Part shown: one piece after another, positions 36,856-47,001 of the stretch
Numbering within the stretch: the stretch's first letter is position 1
How the letters are laid out: every line of letters starts with the position of its first letter
Source of the DNA: Candidatus Kapaibacterium sp.
GTDB lineage: Bacteria; Bacteroidota; Ignavibacteria; Kapaibacteriales; UBA2268
Length of the DNA: 64,000 nucleotides
Reading direction: 5' to 3'
Assembly (NCBI GenBank): GCA_963665665.1
Contig: OY762428.1
Location: 3,680,001-3,744,000, forward strand
Translations under genes and position numbers: made by a program
The notes under the pieces: generated by a model
What the model was told of the DNA's origin: nothing
Database searches by the model: none
Seen by the model: only the letters and a program-made list of their open reading frames with translations

Positions 36856-37689
36856 TCATTTCCTGCAAAAGCTGAAAGTCAGGTTAAGGCCGTTCCAGGG
36901 ATCATCGCCTTTCACAACGTCGTCATAATATTCCATTTCTGAAAAGCCTGCTTCGCCAAGCATTTCAGTTAGTTTTTTATTCGAGAACATTGAAGTCCAG
37001 AATCTGTAAACGGAAACCATATCATTATTTTCCAGGATTACATGCTGGTAGAGAACTACTTTTTCATCCTCGTAAAGGAAGGAATCCGATAGAGCCAGGT
37101 ATGGCGTGGGACGCCAGAATCCCTTTTCAGCCATTTCCCAGTTCCTCGGGGTAAGTTTGGAATCCATATCCCTGTCGTTCAGAACATCAAAAATGAAAAT
37201 CCCGCCCGGTTTCAAAGCTGCATAAATATTTTCAAGAAGTTTCTTCTGGTCGACTGGATTCAAGACGCCGAAATCGGTATATATCAGCGTAATCAGGTCA
37301 TATTCCTGTTCCGCGTCAAGGTCCAGGTAGTTCATGTTCAGGTAGCTTATAGCTTCATTATTATCCATAGCATTCTGTTTCGCGTATTCAATGGAGACCC
37401 TGGAAAAATCCACTCCCGTTACATGGTGGCCGGCTTTATGGAATTCCCTGCAATACAGGCCCGGGCCGCAACCGAGGTCAAGAATTTTCATATTGTCGCG
37501 CCCGGCCTTTTCCAGTATCCATTTCACGGTTTCGTCGATAGTGGTTTTCTTCCTGCTGGCCAGGTCAAGTTCGGGATTCAGGTGAACGTGCAGTAATTGT
37601 GCGGCAATATATTCATCAGTCCACATAAGGCGTGTGCCTTCTTCAAACAGTGCCGGTTTGTCAGTATATTTCAATATATCGTTAATCAT
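36856..37689 (-). CDS. Class I SAM-dependent methyltransferase
   Basis: 'ILDLGCGPGLY', 'VTGVDFS', 'ALKPGGIFIFDV'. Confidence 0.92.
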   Translation of the reverse strand: MINDILKYTDKPALFEEGTRLMWTDEYIAAQLLHVHLNPELDLASRKKTTIDETVKWILEKAGRDNMKILDLGCGPGLYCREFHKAGHHVTGVDFSRVSIEYAKQNAMDNNEAISYLNMNYLDLDAEQEYDLITLIYTDFGVLNPVDQKKLLENIYAALKPGGIFIFDVLNDRDMDSKLTPRNWEMAEKGFWRPTPYLALSDSFLYEDEKVVLYQHVILENNDMVSVYRFWTSMFSNKKLTEMLGEAGFSEMEYYDDVVKGDDPWNGLNLTFSFCRK

Positions 37690-37765
37690 AGTGATAATCT
37701 TTTATTTTTGTATAAATTCAGTTGCTTAGCCATATAGATAGTGTAATTATCGAAGGTTTAGATAT

Positions 37766-37908
37766 AAATTGACAGTCCTTTCGAAAATCACTGGCTGTCA
37801 TTCTGAAGAAGCTTGCGACTGAAGAATCAAACATTCTTATAAGAAAATATCAAAGAATGGATTCTTCGCTGCGCTCAGAATGACATTTTTCAAAAGATCA
37901 TCAAATTT
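37766..37908. repeat. MITE-like element with an internal REP doublet (cluster D)
   Basis: TGTCATTCTGA..GAAGAATC faces GATTCTTCGCTGCGCTCAGAATGACA; imperfect outer inverted repeats. Confidence 0.7.
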
Positions 37909-38128
37909 CAATACATTCAACTATCAAAAAAAGCTAAGTAAATTATTATATTCAAAGGAAATATTTAATTCCCTGATATCAATATCACGGTAGGAGTTAT
38001 TTGTGGCGTTATTTTGTTACTTTTTCATAACATACAAAATTAGTGAAAAATCCTGATAAGGAAAAAATTTTCTTTGGGTTGGGGGGGGGAGAAGCTTTAG
38101 CACAATACTTCCATATCCCCGCAGCTAT

Positions 38129-38572
38129 TTATAATTTCTTTTTCAGATAAACCATATCGATAAGTTGTATTCCGTCTTCAAACATCGGGTGGTCATAATT
38201 ATCGGTAAAGAAATTCCTGATGTAATGAGAAATTGCAAATCCGCTCTTTTCATAAAAGTTCAATATTGTTGGAATATCGCCGGTTCCTACAAGCATGCTT
38301 TTATATTTGTTTTTGTAATGGCCGGTGAGGAACTTTATCAGAGCAGTTGCATATCCATTGCCCTGATATTCGGGATATGTGGCTATGTTTTTCAATTCGC
38401 AGGTATCGTCGTCAATCGCAGCAACAACGCAAACAGTTTTCAAATCGTCGTCGAATAGCGCGAACATATCGCCGCTTTCCAGATACTTGTCAATCATATC
38501 TTCCTGCTCGTCTGCCAGTAGCAATAAATCTAAGTATAGCTTCTTATTATCGATAATTTGTTCTATTCTCAT
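38129..38572 (-). CDS. GNAT family N-acetyltransferase
   Basis: 'DLLLLAD', '[17 protein letters not shown]', 'VGTGD', 'FYEKSGF'. Confidence 0.92.
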   Translation of the reverse strand: MRIEQIIDNKKLYLDLLLLADEQEDMIDKYLESGDMFALFDDDLKTVCVVAAIDDDTCELKNIATYPEYQGNGYATALIKFLTGHYKNKYKSMLVGTGDIPTILNFYEKSGFAISHYIRNFFTDNYDHPMFEDGIQLIDMVYLKKKL

Positions 38573-38644
38573 TATATTTTCAATTCATTAATAACTATTT
38601 CAGGAAATAATTTTTTATGTTCGTGTTTTATCAACAGCAGTTCT

Positions 38645-39514
38645 CTAATCAGGCCTGTGATTTACAATTTTATCAATCCCGATCTGCTCTCCAAATTCTT
38701 TTAAATCACAATAACATTCAAGATTATTAAATAGTTTCTCAATTTTTAAAGAATCTGTTGGAGATATTAATTCGTATCCGTTTTCTTTTGTGATAAAATC
38801 ACCAAAAATATTTTTTATTGTCTCAAAGGAAACTATTTCGTTTGAAAATTTTGTTCTGAATAATTTCCTGATCTTTTTTTGAATAATAAAATAGTCAACT
38901 TCGGGTATAACTGTAGAAATATGCTCAGGCCAAACACACAAGGTAGAAATCAATCCTGTTTGATGTTCCCTATAATAAAAAATACCCGGAACAAATGTCA
39001 TATCGCCAAGCTTTTCCTGAAGAGTCTGTCTGTTGTGATTGAATTCCCATGATTTATTTGATTTATCTGGGTCAAGGTAAAATAATTCATACTTGTCGAA
39101 ATACCGGGAAGAATTCCTGGCATTAATGCCACTCCAATTTTCAAATAAATCCTTATGAGTATATTTTGCAAGTGTGTCATCTCCACCTAATTGTGGATTA
39201 AAAACCAACAAGTCAAGATCATTAATTAAATTTACTACCAGCGGAAATGCCTCTAATCCGAAAAACTGAGGCCTGATAAAATTGATATTGAACATCCAGT
39301 TCGTATTGTCAAAATCCTCGAAGCCTTCAATCGGCTCATCATCAGGATCAGGTTCGTTATATTCGAAGGAGAAATAAACCCCTGTATTCTTATTCTCATA
39401 CCAGTATTGGTCTGAGTTTTCCGAATTTTGAAATTTTTCGCTCAGATAATTCCTGATGTCCGAATCAGTCGTTTTGCAATTTTTTTCTTTATAAAAGTAT
39501 AAATCGTAACTCAT
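38645..39514 (-). CDS. Hypothetical protein
   Basis: 289-aa AT-rich ORF; 'MSYDLYF', 'YENKNTGVYFSF', 'NINFIRPQFFGLEA'. Confidence 0.75.
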   Translation of the reverse strand: MSYDLYFYKEKNCKTTDSDIRNYLSEKFQNSENSDQYWYENKNTGVYFSFEYNEPDPDDEPIEGFEDFDNTNWMFNINFIRPQFFGLEAFPLVVNLINDLDLLVFNPQLGGDDTLAKYTHKDLFENWSGINARNSSRYFDKYELFYLDPDKSNKSWEFNHNRQTLQEKLGDMTFVPGIFYYREHQTGLISTLCVWPEHISTVIPEVDYFIIQKKIRKLFRTKFSNEIVSFETIKNIFGDFITKENGYELISPTDSLKIEKLFNNLECYCDLKEFGEQIGIDKIVNHRPD

Positions 39515-39698
39515 TGTTGCATCTTTCCATTTCTAATGTTGGACAACTGCTCCTTACACCTTATTCGATTTATCTTTATGATGATTAGGATAAACGAAAG
39601 TGATTCTATAAATTTACATAAAGAATAATATTTTAGCAAATTAAAAAGGAAATTGAATACTGTCGGGGGTGCACAAAATTAGTTGAGTTATTATTACA

Positions 39699-40766
39699 TT
39701 ATAGCGGATCACTTTTATCTGATTTATCTTTCATTTTATTTTTTGCCTGCCTGGTTTTCCATCTTTCCCTGGCATATTTCTGCATGTCAATTATAGTGTC
39801 CTTTTCATCAACAATTTCAAGCCCGAGCAATGTTTCGATAACATCCTCCATGGTAACTATCCCGTCCAGGCCTCCAAATTCATCCACTATCAGTGCAATA
39901 TGTTCTTTATGTTCCAACAGTTTTTCCCATAATGAAAACAGCATCACACTATCAGGAAAAGTCATTATATTACGTTTTAAATCCCTTAATTTAAGATCAT
40001 GTTCATCTTCAGCCAGTTTTTCAAACACCTGCTGCCGGAATACATACCCGCTAATATGATCATCCTTGCCGGTATAAACCGGTATCCGGGAAAAATTTAA
40101 GAAATTTTTGTTTTTCAGGAACTCATTCAAAGATAAATTTTCATCTGCTGATGCCACAACAACCCGGGGCGTCATTACTTCAGTTGCTTTAATGTTTTTC
40201 AGCTTAAGTATGTTCTGGATAATCTTATTTTCTTTGTCCGAGAACAATCCTTCGGTTGTTCCAATGCTTGCTAATGCAGCAATTTCCTCTCTGCTTGTTG
40301 TTTTTTCATCTTTATTACTTGATATTATTTTTGTAATGAATGCTGACATAACAACAAGCGGGTAGGTGATGATTATCATTGATTTTATGGTGTAATAAGA
40401 TAACATCGAAAAATTTTTCCAGTACCTTGCACCTATCGTTTTAGGGATTATTTCAGTTATCACAAGAATCAGAATGGTAAGTATGGCAGATGCAATTCCA
40501 AATGAAGCTTCTCCGAAGACTTTTACAGCCTGTGCTCCGACACCCGCGGCCCCGATAGTATGAGCAACCGTGTTCAATGATAATATGGCTGAGAGGGGTT
40601 TGTCGATATTCACCTTAAATTCAATATATGATCTTGCCCAGCTATGTCCTTCGTTCTGCTTCACTATCAGATATGAGCGCGGAGTGGATAGAAGAACAGA
40701 TTCCATAATTGAGCATAGGAATGACACGAATAAGGCCAGGAAGAGATATGCAAATAAGGCTATCAT
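39699..40766 (-). CDS. CNNM/DUF21-CBS domain protein (CorC/hemolysin-like)
   Basis: 'SFLCSIMESVLLS', 'LNTVAHTIGA', 'EIIPKTIG', 'VMTPR', 'FSRIPVY', 'VDEFGGLDGIVTMEDVIE'. Confidence 0.94.
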   Translation of the reverse strand: MIALFAYLFLALFVSFLCSIMESVLLSTPRSYLIVKQNEGHSWARSYIEFKVNIDKPLSAILSLNTVAHTIGAAGVGAQAVKVFGEASFGIASAILTILILVITEIIPKTIGARYWKNFSMLSYYTIKSMIIITYPLVVMSAFITKIISSNKDEKTTSREEIAALASIGTTEGLFSDKENKIIQNILKLKNIKATEVMTPRVVVASADENLSLNEFLKNKNFLNFSRIPVYTGKDDHISGYVFRQQVFEKLAEDEHDLKLRDLKRNIMTFPDSVMLFSLWEKLLEHKEHIALIVDEFGGLDGIVTMEDVIETLLGLEIVDEKDTIIDMQKYARERWKTRQAKNKMKDKSDKSDPL

Positions 40767-40890
40767 TTTTTCTCTAAAATATCCGAAATTATGTATTGTA
40801 TTTATTTATTATCAGAAAATACCCTTCCGAAACCCGACACTTTGCGCCATTACAGCAGAGGCCGCCAAAAAACATATTGCCTGTTATCCA

Positions 40891-41460
40891 TTACTTTCTT
40901 CTGCCGACTAATAAAAGCGAGTCGTCTTCTTCAAATTCCTGATAACTTTCTAATAAAAGAATTTCAAAATACCCGGAAAAGAATTTCCGAATAATATTTT
41001 CATTATGGTAGTTAACGAAAAGGCCCTTAAATATCTCTGAACCATCACCTTTCCAGAATGAATGGCAAATTATTCCGTCAGGAGCCAGGATATTATATTG
41101 TCTTTTAATTGAACTCTTCAGGCCATCATCAGCCAAATGATGTAACACTTTATTTGAATAAATACCATGAAATTTTTTTTTAGTATCAATCGTAATTGCG
41201 TCAAGCTCAAGAAAGCTGCCATCAGGATTTTCCGATCTCAAATGTTTTAAAAACTCTGTTGAATTGTCAGAACCGGTTGCATTGTAGTACTGTTTCAATA
41301 TTTTCCAATCCGTTCCGGGGCCGGAGCCAATTTCAAGCAGGTCGGAATTTTCAGGCAGAAATTTTCTGAGTTTATCAATTAGTTTCCTGCCATTAACATC
41401 TTTCGCCAGTTCAATATACTCTTCAACGGATTCTTTAGTTTTATAGTAGTCTTTATCCAT
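40891..41460 (-). CDS. Class I SAM-dependent methyltransferase
   Basis: 'LLEIGSGPGTD', 'SNKVLHHL', 'LAPDGII'. Confidence 0.88.
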   Translation of the reverse strand: MDKDYYKTKESVEEYIELAKDVNGRKLIDKLRKFLPENSDLLEIGSGPGTDWKILKQYYNATGSDNSTEFLKHLRSENPDGSFLELDAITIDTKKKFHGIYSNKVLHHLADDGLKSSIKRQYNILAPDGIICHSFWKGDGSEIFKGLFVNYHNENIIRKFFSGYFEILLLESYQEFEEDDSLLLVGRRK

Positions 41461-41680
41461 TCTCTACTGGTGTTTTTAAATAATTCTATTCATTATCAAT
41501 AAACTTTTCTTTCGGAAAATTATTTTAACATTCCTCACATTCCGGAAAAAAGCAATTTGACGTTATTTGAAAATAATAGGATAAACTTAATTATTACACA
41601 ATGCTTTTTAAACCTCAGCTTTCATTGACAGCTTTAAATTGATATATACGGTTTAATAACTTTCACAAGCCCATAAAAAA

Positions 41681-42991
41681 TCATGCGTTTTCAACATCAT
41701 CTTCCCTGCGGTGGCGGTACATGGATATTTGCATGGCTGCAATCGACAAAGCAAGGAAAAATACGCCCAGCGCGAAAATTCCTGAAAATCCGATTATTTC
41801 ATAAAGGCCCACGCCAAGAAGAGGAGCAAAAGAAGCCCTGGCTCCAACAAGAGTAAGATGAACCGACTGGTAATCGGCAGATTCCTCATTACGGCAGAAG
41901 TAAGCCGACCCAATTGCCCAGAGAATACCCATTGTTGCTGCAAAAAAACCGTGGAAAATAAACGCCACAATAAGCATATAATATATCTGCAAGCCGAAAA
42001 TTTCGGTATTGTATGGCACATATTCGGTTATGCCGATAAACAGAATATACAACAGCAGCGACAGGAATGTAATCGAGGCAAATTTCCGGGGGTCGATACT
42101 GTCAAGCATTTTTCCGAAAAACGGCAGCAGTATAATAGCAATAATATTATATGCATTTTTATAAAAGGCAATGGAGGAATAGTTCAGGTCAAGTTCTTCG
42201 GCAAGGAAAATAGTTATCACGCTTATTGTCAGCATAAATGAAAATCCGTACAGCATAAAACCTATCTCGAAATCACGGTACGGTTTATTACTAAGTATAA
42301 TATCTTTCATCCTGATAACAGACTGCCAGGCACTGCTCATAATTCCCCCACCGTTTCTTTCCGGCTCAATTCCCGGATCGAGAAGAGAAAGCAGGTAAAT
42401 GGAACTAATACCGAGAACAGCTAATAGCGGGTAAATATAAGTAAAGGCATAATTGTCGAAATCCAGCAGCAGCCCAAACAGGAAGGTTATTACCAGCATC
42501 ACAATTTTGTTGGTACTGGTGGCAATACTGTACAGCCTGCCAAAATGCGAAGCCATGTAATTTGTTTTTAGAAACAGGTTTATCGTTGGAAGGATGATAG
42601 GCTGAGCCAGGTAGAAAAGCAGGAAAATTGCCAGGAATATATAGTGATAAATACTGCCGGCCTGGTGATATTCGTGCCCCACGGGAAAGAAAGCCAGCAA
42701 AGCCAGGGGAAGCCTTGTTATCAAAGCAACTATCCTGAGAAGTTTTTTCTTTCTGAATCTTTTTACAACCTGGTTCAAAATTACAGTTACAAGCAAAACC
42801 ACAGTGCTGAACTGAAACAGCACCCCAAGCTGGAAATTTGTGCCGTGCAGGCTTTTCAGGAAAATAAATTCGTTAAGGGCAAGAGCGCCAAGTATAATCC
42901 CCTCGATTATCGAATATATCAGGTGTATTCGAAACACTTTTTTCTCGTTATTTTCCAGGCCTTTAAGCATCAGTTTTCCATCAGTTATCAA
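41681..42991 (-). CDS. MFS transporter
   Basis: About 12 hydrophobic segments in two halves; 'FFGKMLD' motif-A-like. Confidence 0.85.
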   Translation of the reverse strand: MITDGKLMLKGLENNEKKVFRIHLIYSIIEGIILGALALNEFIFLKSLHGTNFQLGVLFQFSTVVLLVTVILNQVVKRFRKKKLLRIVALITRLPLALLAFFPVGHEYHQAGSIYHYIFLAIFLLFYLAQPIILPTINLFLKTNYMASHFGRLYSIATSTNKIVMLVITFLFGLLLDFDNYAFTYIYPLLAVLGISSIYLLSLLDPGIEPERNGGGIMSSAWQSVIRMKDIILSNKPYRDFEIGFMLYGFSFMLTISVITIFLAEELDLNYSSIAFYKNAYNIIAIILLPFFGKMLDSIDPRKFASITFLSLLLYILFIGITEYVPYNTEIFGLQIYYMLIVAFIFHGFFAATMGILWAIGSAYFCRNEESADYQSVHLTLVGARASFAPLLGVGLYEIIGFSGIFALGVFFLALSIAAMQISMYRHRREDDVENA

Positions 42992-43258
42992 TCCTAACCT
43001 GCAAATATACGATTAAATTATCCGATTATTTCGTGGAAGTTTATTTTACGCATTACTAATCCAATTAGTTAGCCAGCATAATGATTTTCAGATTCCAGTG
43101 CAATTATTCTTAGGAATAGATATAATTAGTATTTAAGTAACATAATATCAATGTTTATTTTGCGGGATAATGTCATTTCTATAATTCAAAAATTCTTTTT
43201 TAAACAAAAATATTCCATTTTTCCCTTGATTCTGAAACATATTTCAACTATTTTCGTT

Positions 43259-43297
43259 ATATCAATAAAATATCATTATGATATCACTTTAATATCA
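43259..43297 (+). promoter_or_regulatory. Operator of four ATATCA direct repeats at 11-bp spacing
   Basis: ATATCA at 43259, 43270, 43281 and 43292, just before the AAGGAG SD of the SPFH gene. Confidence 0.65.
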
Positions 43298-43313
43298 ACT
43301 GAAGGAGTCCGAA

Positions 43314-44207
43314 ATGAAAAGTAAATACGAAAAAAAAGCTTTCAAGGTGAATGGTTTCGTAATGCTCATCCTGAATATTGCAATACTGGGGGGCGGCCTT
43401 TGGCTGCTTATTCCTAAAACATCGATTTTGTTTGGCATAATCTGCCTTGTGTTGTTTGTACTTATAGCCCCCGGTTACTTTGCGGTACAGCCAAACGAAT
43501 CACGAGTACTAATATTCTTCGGTTCATATACGGGCATGGTATCAACTACGGGCTTCTGGTGGGCAAACCCGTTTGCACAAAAAGTAAAGGTTTCGCTCAG
43601 GGTACACAACTTCGAATCATCCAAAATGAAAGTTAACGACAAAACCGGTAATCCGATTGAAATAGCAGCTGTAGTTTCCTGGAAAGTGGTGGATCCCGGC
43701 AAGGCAACATTTGATGTTGAGCAGTATATGTCCTATATTTCCACTCAGAGTGAAACAGCTATCAGGACGATAGCTACAAATTATCCCTACGATACTTTCA
43801 ACGAGGAGTTACCAGGCAGCTTAAAAGTTGCTTCCGATGAAGATCAGATATCTCTTCGTGAGAATTCGGAAAAAATATCCGAGGAGATGAAAAAGGAACT
43901 TGGCGACAGGCTGGATATTGCAGGTGTAGAAGTTCTCGAAGCAAGGATAACCCACCTGGCATACGCCCCTGAAATTGCTCAGGCAATGCTGCGCCGCCAG
44001 CAGGCAGAAGCTATAATCATGGCAAGAAAGAAAATCGTTGACGGAGCTGTTGGTATGGTTGAAATGGCACTTAAACACTTAGACGAAGGAAACATAGTTG
44101 ATCTGGACGATGAAAAGAAGGCCAGTATGATAAATAACCTGCTCGTTACATTAACGTCTGACAGGGAAACACAGCCGGTAGTAAACACTGGAACTCTTTA
44201 TACCTGA
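43314..44207 (+). CDS. SPFH/Band 7 domain protein
   Basis: N-terminal TM segments; 'KVNDKTGNPIEIAAVV', 'HLAYAPEIAQAMLRRQQA', 'IVDGAVGMVE', 'VVNTGTLY'. Confidence 0.93.
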   Translation: MKSKYEKKAFKVNGFVMLILNIAILGGGLWLLIPKTSILFGIICLVLFVLIAPGYFAVQPNESRVLIFFGSYTGMVSTTGFWWANPFAQKVKVSLRVHNFESSKMKVNDKTGNPIEIAAVVSWKVVDPGKATFDVEQYMSYISTQSETAIRTIATNYPYDTFNEELPGSLKVASDEDQISLRENSEKISEEMKKELGDRLDIAGVEVLEARITHLAYAPEIAQAMLRRQQAEAIIMARKKIVDGAVGMVEMALKHLDEGNIVDLDDEKKASMINNLLVTLTSDRETQPVVNTGTLYT

Positions 44208-44228
44208 TAAAAAAACGGATTAAATGGC

Positions 44229-44393
44229 ATGGCACAAAAAAAACAATTTCCATTGAGAATTGATCAGAAACTCTATGAAAGTTTGAAAAAATGGGCAGAT
44301 GATGACTTCAGAAGCATTAATGCACACATAGAGTTCCTGCTTAGGGAGGCTGTGCGGAAATCCGGCAGGGAGAAAAAGGATAAAGAGAAGTAG
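44229..44393 (+). CDS. Arc-family ribbon-helix-helix DNA-binding protein (54 aa)
   Basis: Manual translation: MAQKKQFPLRIDQKLYESLKKWADDDFRSINAHIEFLLREAVRKSGREKKDKEK*. Not in the ORF track. Confidence 0.88.
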   Translation: MAQKKQFPLRIDQKLYESLKKWADDDFRSINAHIEFLLREAVRKSGREKKDKEK

Positions 44394-44425
44394 AATTGAA
44401 ATATATCAAATGATTAATAAAAAAC

Positions 44426-44460
44426 AAACCGTCTGCTTAGTATTTAAGTTGACGGTTTTG
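44426..44460 (+). terminator. Hairpin terminator after the SPFH-RHH operon
   Basis: AAACCGTC..CTTA..TAAG..GACGGTTTT. Confidence 0.65.
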
Positions 44461-44673
44461 GTATTAAGGCAAAGAAGAATTGTGACTTCGATTACAACGG
44501 GTTATAGGGCAAAAATAATTTTTCCGATCCATTTTTTAAACAGTTTATTTCGCATTACGCATAATTGCGTTACGCAGATTAGCGTAATTTAGCCATATTT
44601 CTAATAAATCGTATAAAAAAAAGAGGCTTACCAGCCTCCTTATATTTAAAATTTATGTAATATTCATGGGTAA

Positions 44674-45330
44674 TTATAATTCTATTGTATAGAATAAACC
44701 TATAACCCTTTTGATATCAATTTTTTTCATATTGAATTCACTGTCGTAAGTGTAGTGAAGTGTTAACTTCTGATTCTTGGCTATTTTGAAATCTGTTCCG
44801 ATCCTGAGCCTGTAACTGTTGAACCTGTCGCCTTTGTCGTAATTGAAGCGGTAAAAAAGCTCTCCTGAAATGAAAGGATCAACAGGGCCTTTGATATTGT
44901 AATACAGCTCCAGCCTGTTCCTCAGATAATATTCATTATCCTTATCCTGATTGGGTTCATTATCGAATCTAAGGCGATATTCCATGCTTAATCTTTTAAT
45001 TTCTTTCTCCGCGTATGCTGAGAGGATCAACACATGATTTTTTTCATCAGTTCTGCTTTTCAATCTGTAGAATGCAGCAAATTTCATAAAATCAAGTGGT
45101 TTATACTGAACACCGATATCTATCAGGTTGCTTTCGAATTTTGAAATATCCTGATCGAAGCGAATTTGCTCACTAACCTGCAGCTCGAATAACTCATGAA
45201 TATCATACTGCACTTCAACGCCGGACCACATATTAAGATCGTTAGATTTAATTTTTCCGGCCATCAGGTTTGTAGTAATTAACAAATTGAGCAATAAAAC
45301 AAGAATCAGCTTCTTATGGCTTTTGTACAT
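44674..45330 (-). CDS. DUF2490-like outer-membrane beta-barrel protein
   Basis: Signal peptide; alternating beta-strand pattern; 'YRLRFD', 'YYLRNRL', 'PFISGELFY'. Confidence 0.75.
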   Translation of the reverse strand: MYKSHKKLILVLLLNLLITTNLMAGKIKSNDLNMWSGVEVQYDIHELFELQVSEQIRFDQDISKFESNLIDIGVQYKPLDFMKFAAFYRLKSRTDEKNHVLILSAYAEKEIKRLSMEYRLRFDNEPNQDKDNEYYLRNRLELYYNIKGPVDPFISGELFYRFNYDKGDRFNSYRLRIGTDFKIAKNQKLTLHYTYDSEFNMKKIDIKRVIGLFYTIEL

Positions 45331-45955
45331 TTGTCCTGCCCTTAATATCCTCGTTATAAAATACCTTTATGTTCACAATATCTTTTAAAAAATCAATTTT
45401 CCCGATCTCGAACCTGTGAATATTCAGGCCTGTTCTTTCCCTGAGGTCAGCCATAAGTTCATCATGATTTTCCGGCTTGATCAAATCGATTTTTTCATAT
45501 AAGATATTTCTTTTCAGCTCGTTTTTTACCCATGATTTTTCAAGAACGAAGGTGAAGCCTATTATAATAATATTAGTAAACAACACCTGAATAAGCCCTA
45601 CCGCGTGACTGCTTATAGCATTTATAATAGCTATACTTATTGATATGAACATATAGGTCATTTCTTTGATAGGAACCGTTTCGGTACGGTATCTTAATAT
45701 CGAGAAAATCGCAAAAATACCAAAAGCAAATCCAAGGCTTAGCTTTACGCTGTTCAGAAGATAGCAAACAAAGAATATTATCAGGTTGAACATGAACATG
45801 GTAAAAAGATAATCCCTGCTCGGATGTATTCTGAAATATATTTGCCTGACAATAATATAAATAACCCCCAGGTTAATCAGGAACCGGAAGGCAAAGTCAA
45901 GAGTATTTACGCCGTCGAGAAGTTTAATACCAAATAGGGTTTCCATTTCCACCAT
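45314..45955 (-). CDS. DUF4956 family membrane protein
   Basis: 'LSLGFAFGIFAIFSILRYRTETVPIKEMTYMF', 'DLRERTGLNI'. Confidence 0.9.
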   Translation of the reverse strand: MVEMETLFGIKLLDGVNTLDFAFRFLINLGVIYIIVRQIYFRIHPSRDYLFTMFMFNLIIFFVCYLLNSVKLSLGFAFGIFAIFSILRYRTETVPIKEMTYMFISISIAIINAISSHAVGLIQVLFTNIIIIGFTFVLEKSWVKNELKRNILYEKIDLIKPENHDELMADLRERTGLNIHRFEIGKIDFLKDIVNIKVFYNEDIKGRTNVQKP

Positions 45956-46706
45956 TACATATTTTGTTAATCATCAACATTTTAGATTTATACCTGTTGT
46001 ATTTGATATTGGGTACGGTAAGTATATTACCGGTGCAATATTTACTAACAGATTCTTCTCTTATACCGTGCTTTATCATTAATTTCCGGAAAGTGGTATT
46101 TACAGAATTCTTTGATATTTTCACCTCGGCAATTGCCAATTCAGACAAACTCATGTTTTTTTCCGAACTTTCAAACTCCAGGTCGAAATCGAAAGTAATT
46201 TTCTCATTATCTCTCTTATTCAGCAGAGTTATTCTGCGATACCTGACCTTTAATCCGGGGACAATATTTTCGGGATCAATATCATGATTTTTAAGCAGTT
46301 GCATTTCATCCGGCCTGAGATGCCCGTTTAAACCGGGAATTTTTATCCGGTACTTTTCGGTAAGGCCTTTGTTGCTTTTTGTTTTCAGCTCAAAGAATGA
46401 AATATCTGCATCAACATAATGTCTTGCTCTTATTTTATATCTTGCCGCTTTGCCGTTAACATGCATTCTGTGCAAAAACAGATCTTCGGTATCATAATAC
46501 TGATTATCATACTGAAAGCATCGTTTTTCCTTTACCTGAAGTATATCGTAATCATCTTTAAGTTCATCAAGCATTTCAGGGATTATTTCGGTATTGAATA
46601 TGTACTTTGTGTCATATCTGTCAAGAAGTTTCATTTCCTCCAAATCAGATAATCCTATTGGATTGTATTCTGCCAAAATTTTTTCAATATTTTCTCTGCA
46701 GGCCAT
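45924..46706 (-). CDS. VTC/polyphosphate polymerase domain protein (CYTH-like)
   Basis: 'LLDRYDTKY', 'YYDT', 'RYKIRARHY', 'FFELKTK', 'YRRITL', 'ITFD', 'IAEVK', 'SKYC'. Confidence 0.9.
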   Translation of the reverse strand: MACRENIEKILAEYNPIGLSDLEEMKLLDRYDTKYIFNTEIIPEMLDELKDDYDILQVKEKRCFQYDNQYYDTEDLFLHRMHVNGKAARYKIRARHYVDADISFFELKTKSNKGLTEKYRIKIPGLNGHLRPDEMQLLKNHDIDPENIVPGLKVRYRRITLLNKRDNEKITFDFDLEFESSEKNMSLSELAIAEVKISKNSVNTTFRKLMIKHGIREESVSKYCTGNILTVPNIKYNRYKSKMLMINKICNGGNGNPIWY

Positions 46707-47001
46707 AAAATCATTCCCGGATAAAAAAAAACTACTTATTAAAAAGAGACACAAATTTTCATAATGGTTAATATTTTGTTAATAAAATTTTGCCAGAATT
46801 ATTAAATTAACATATTCACTTACCTATATAGACACACGAAACAGCAAAAAGTCTTAAAAAATAATTACAAAAAATTTTATTTTTTTTATAAACCGAAAAT
46901 TAACAAAAAATACCTACAAAATTAACACAATTTTTCAAGCTATAAAACTGTGAATTTTTCTATATTTATTGATTAACTGTTTTTTGAAAAAAAGTAACGC
47001 T

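Noticed and set aside
38081-38089. G9 homopolymer as a phase-variation switch
   Set aside because: It lies downstream of the GNAT stop and about 400 nt from the next start, in no evident gene or promoter.
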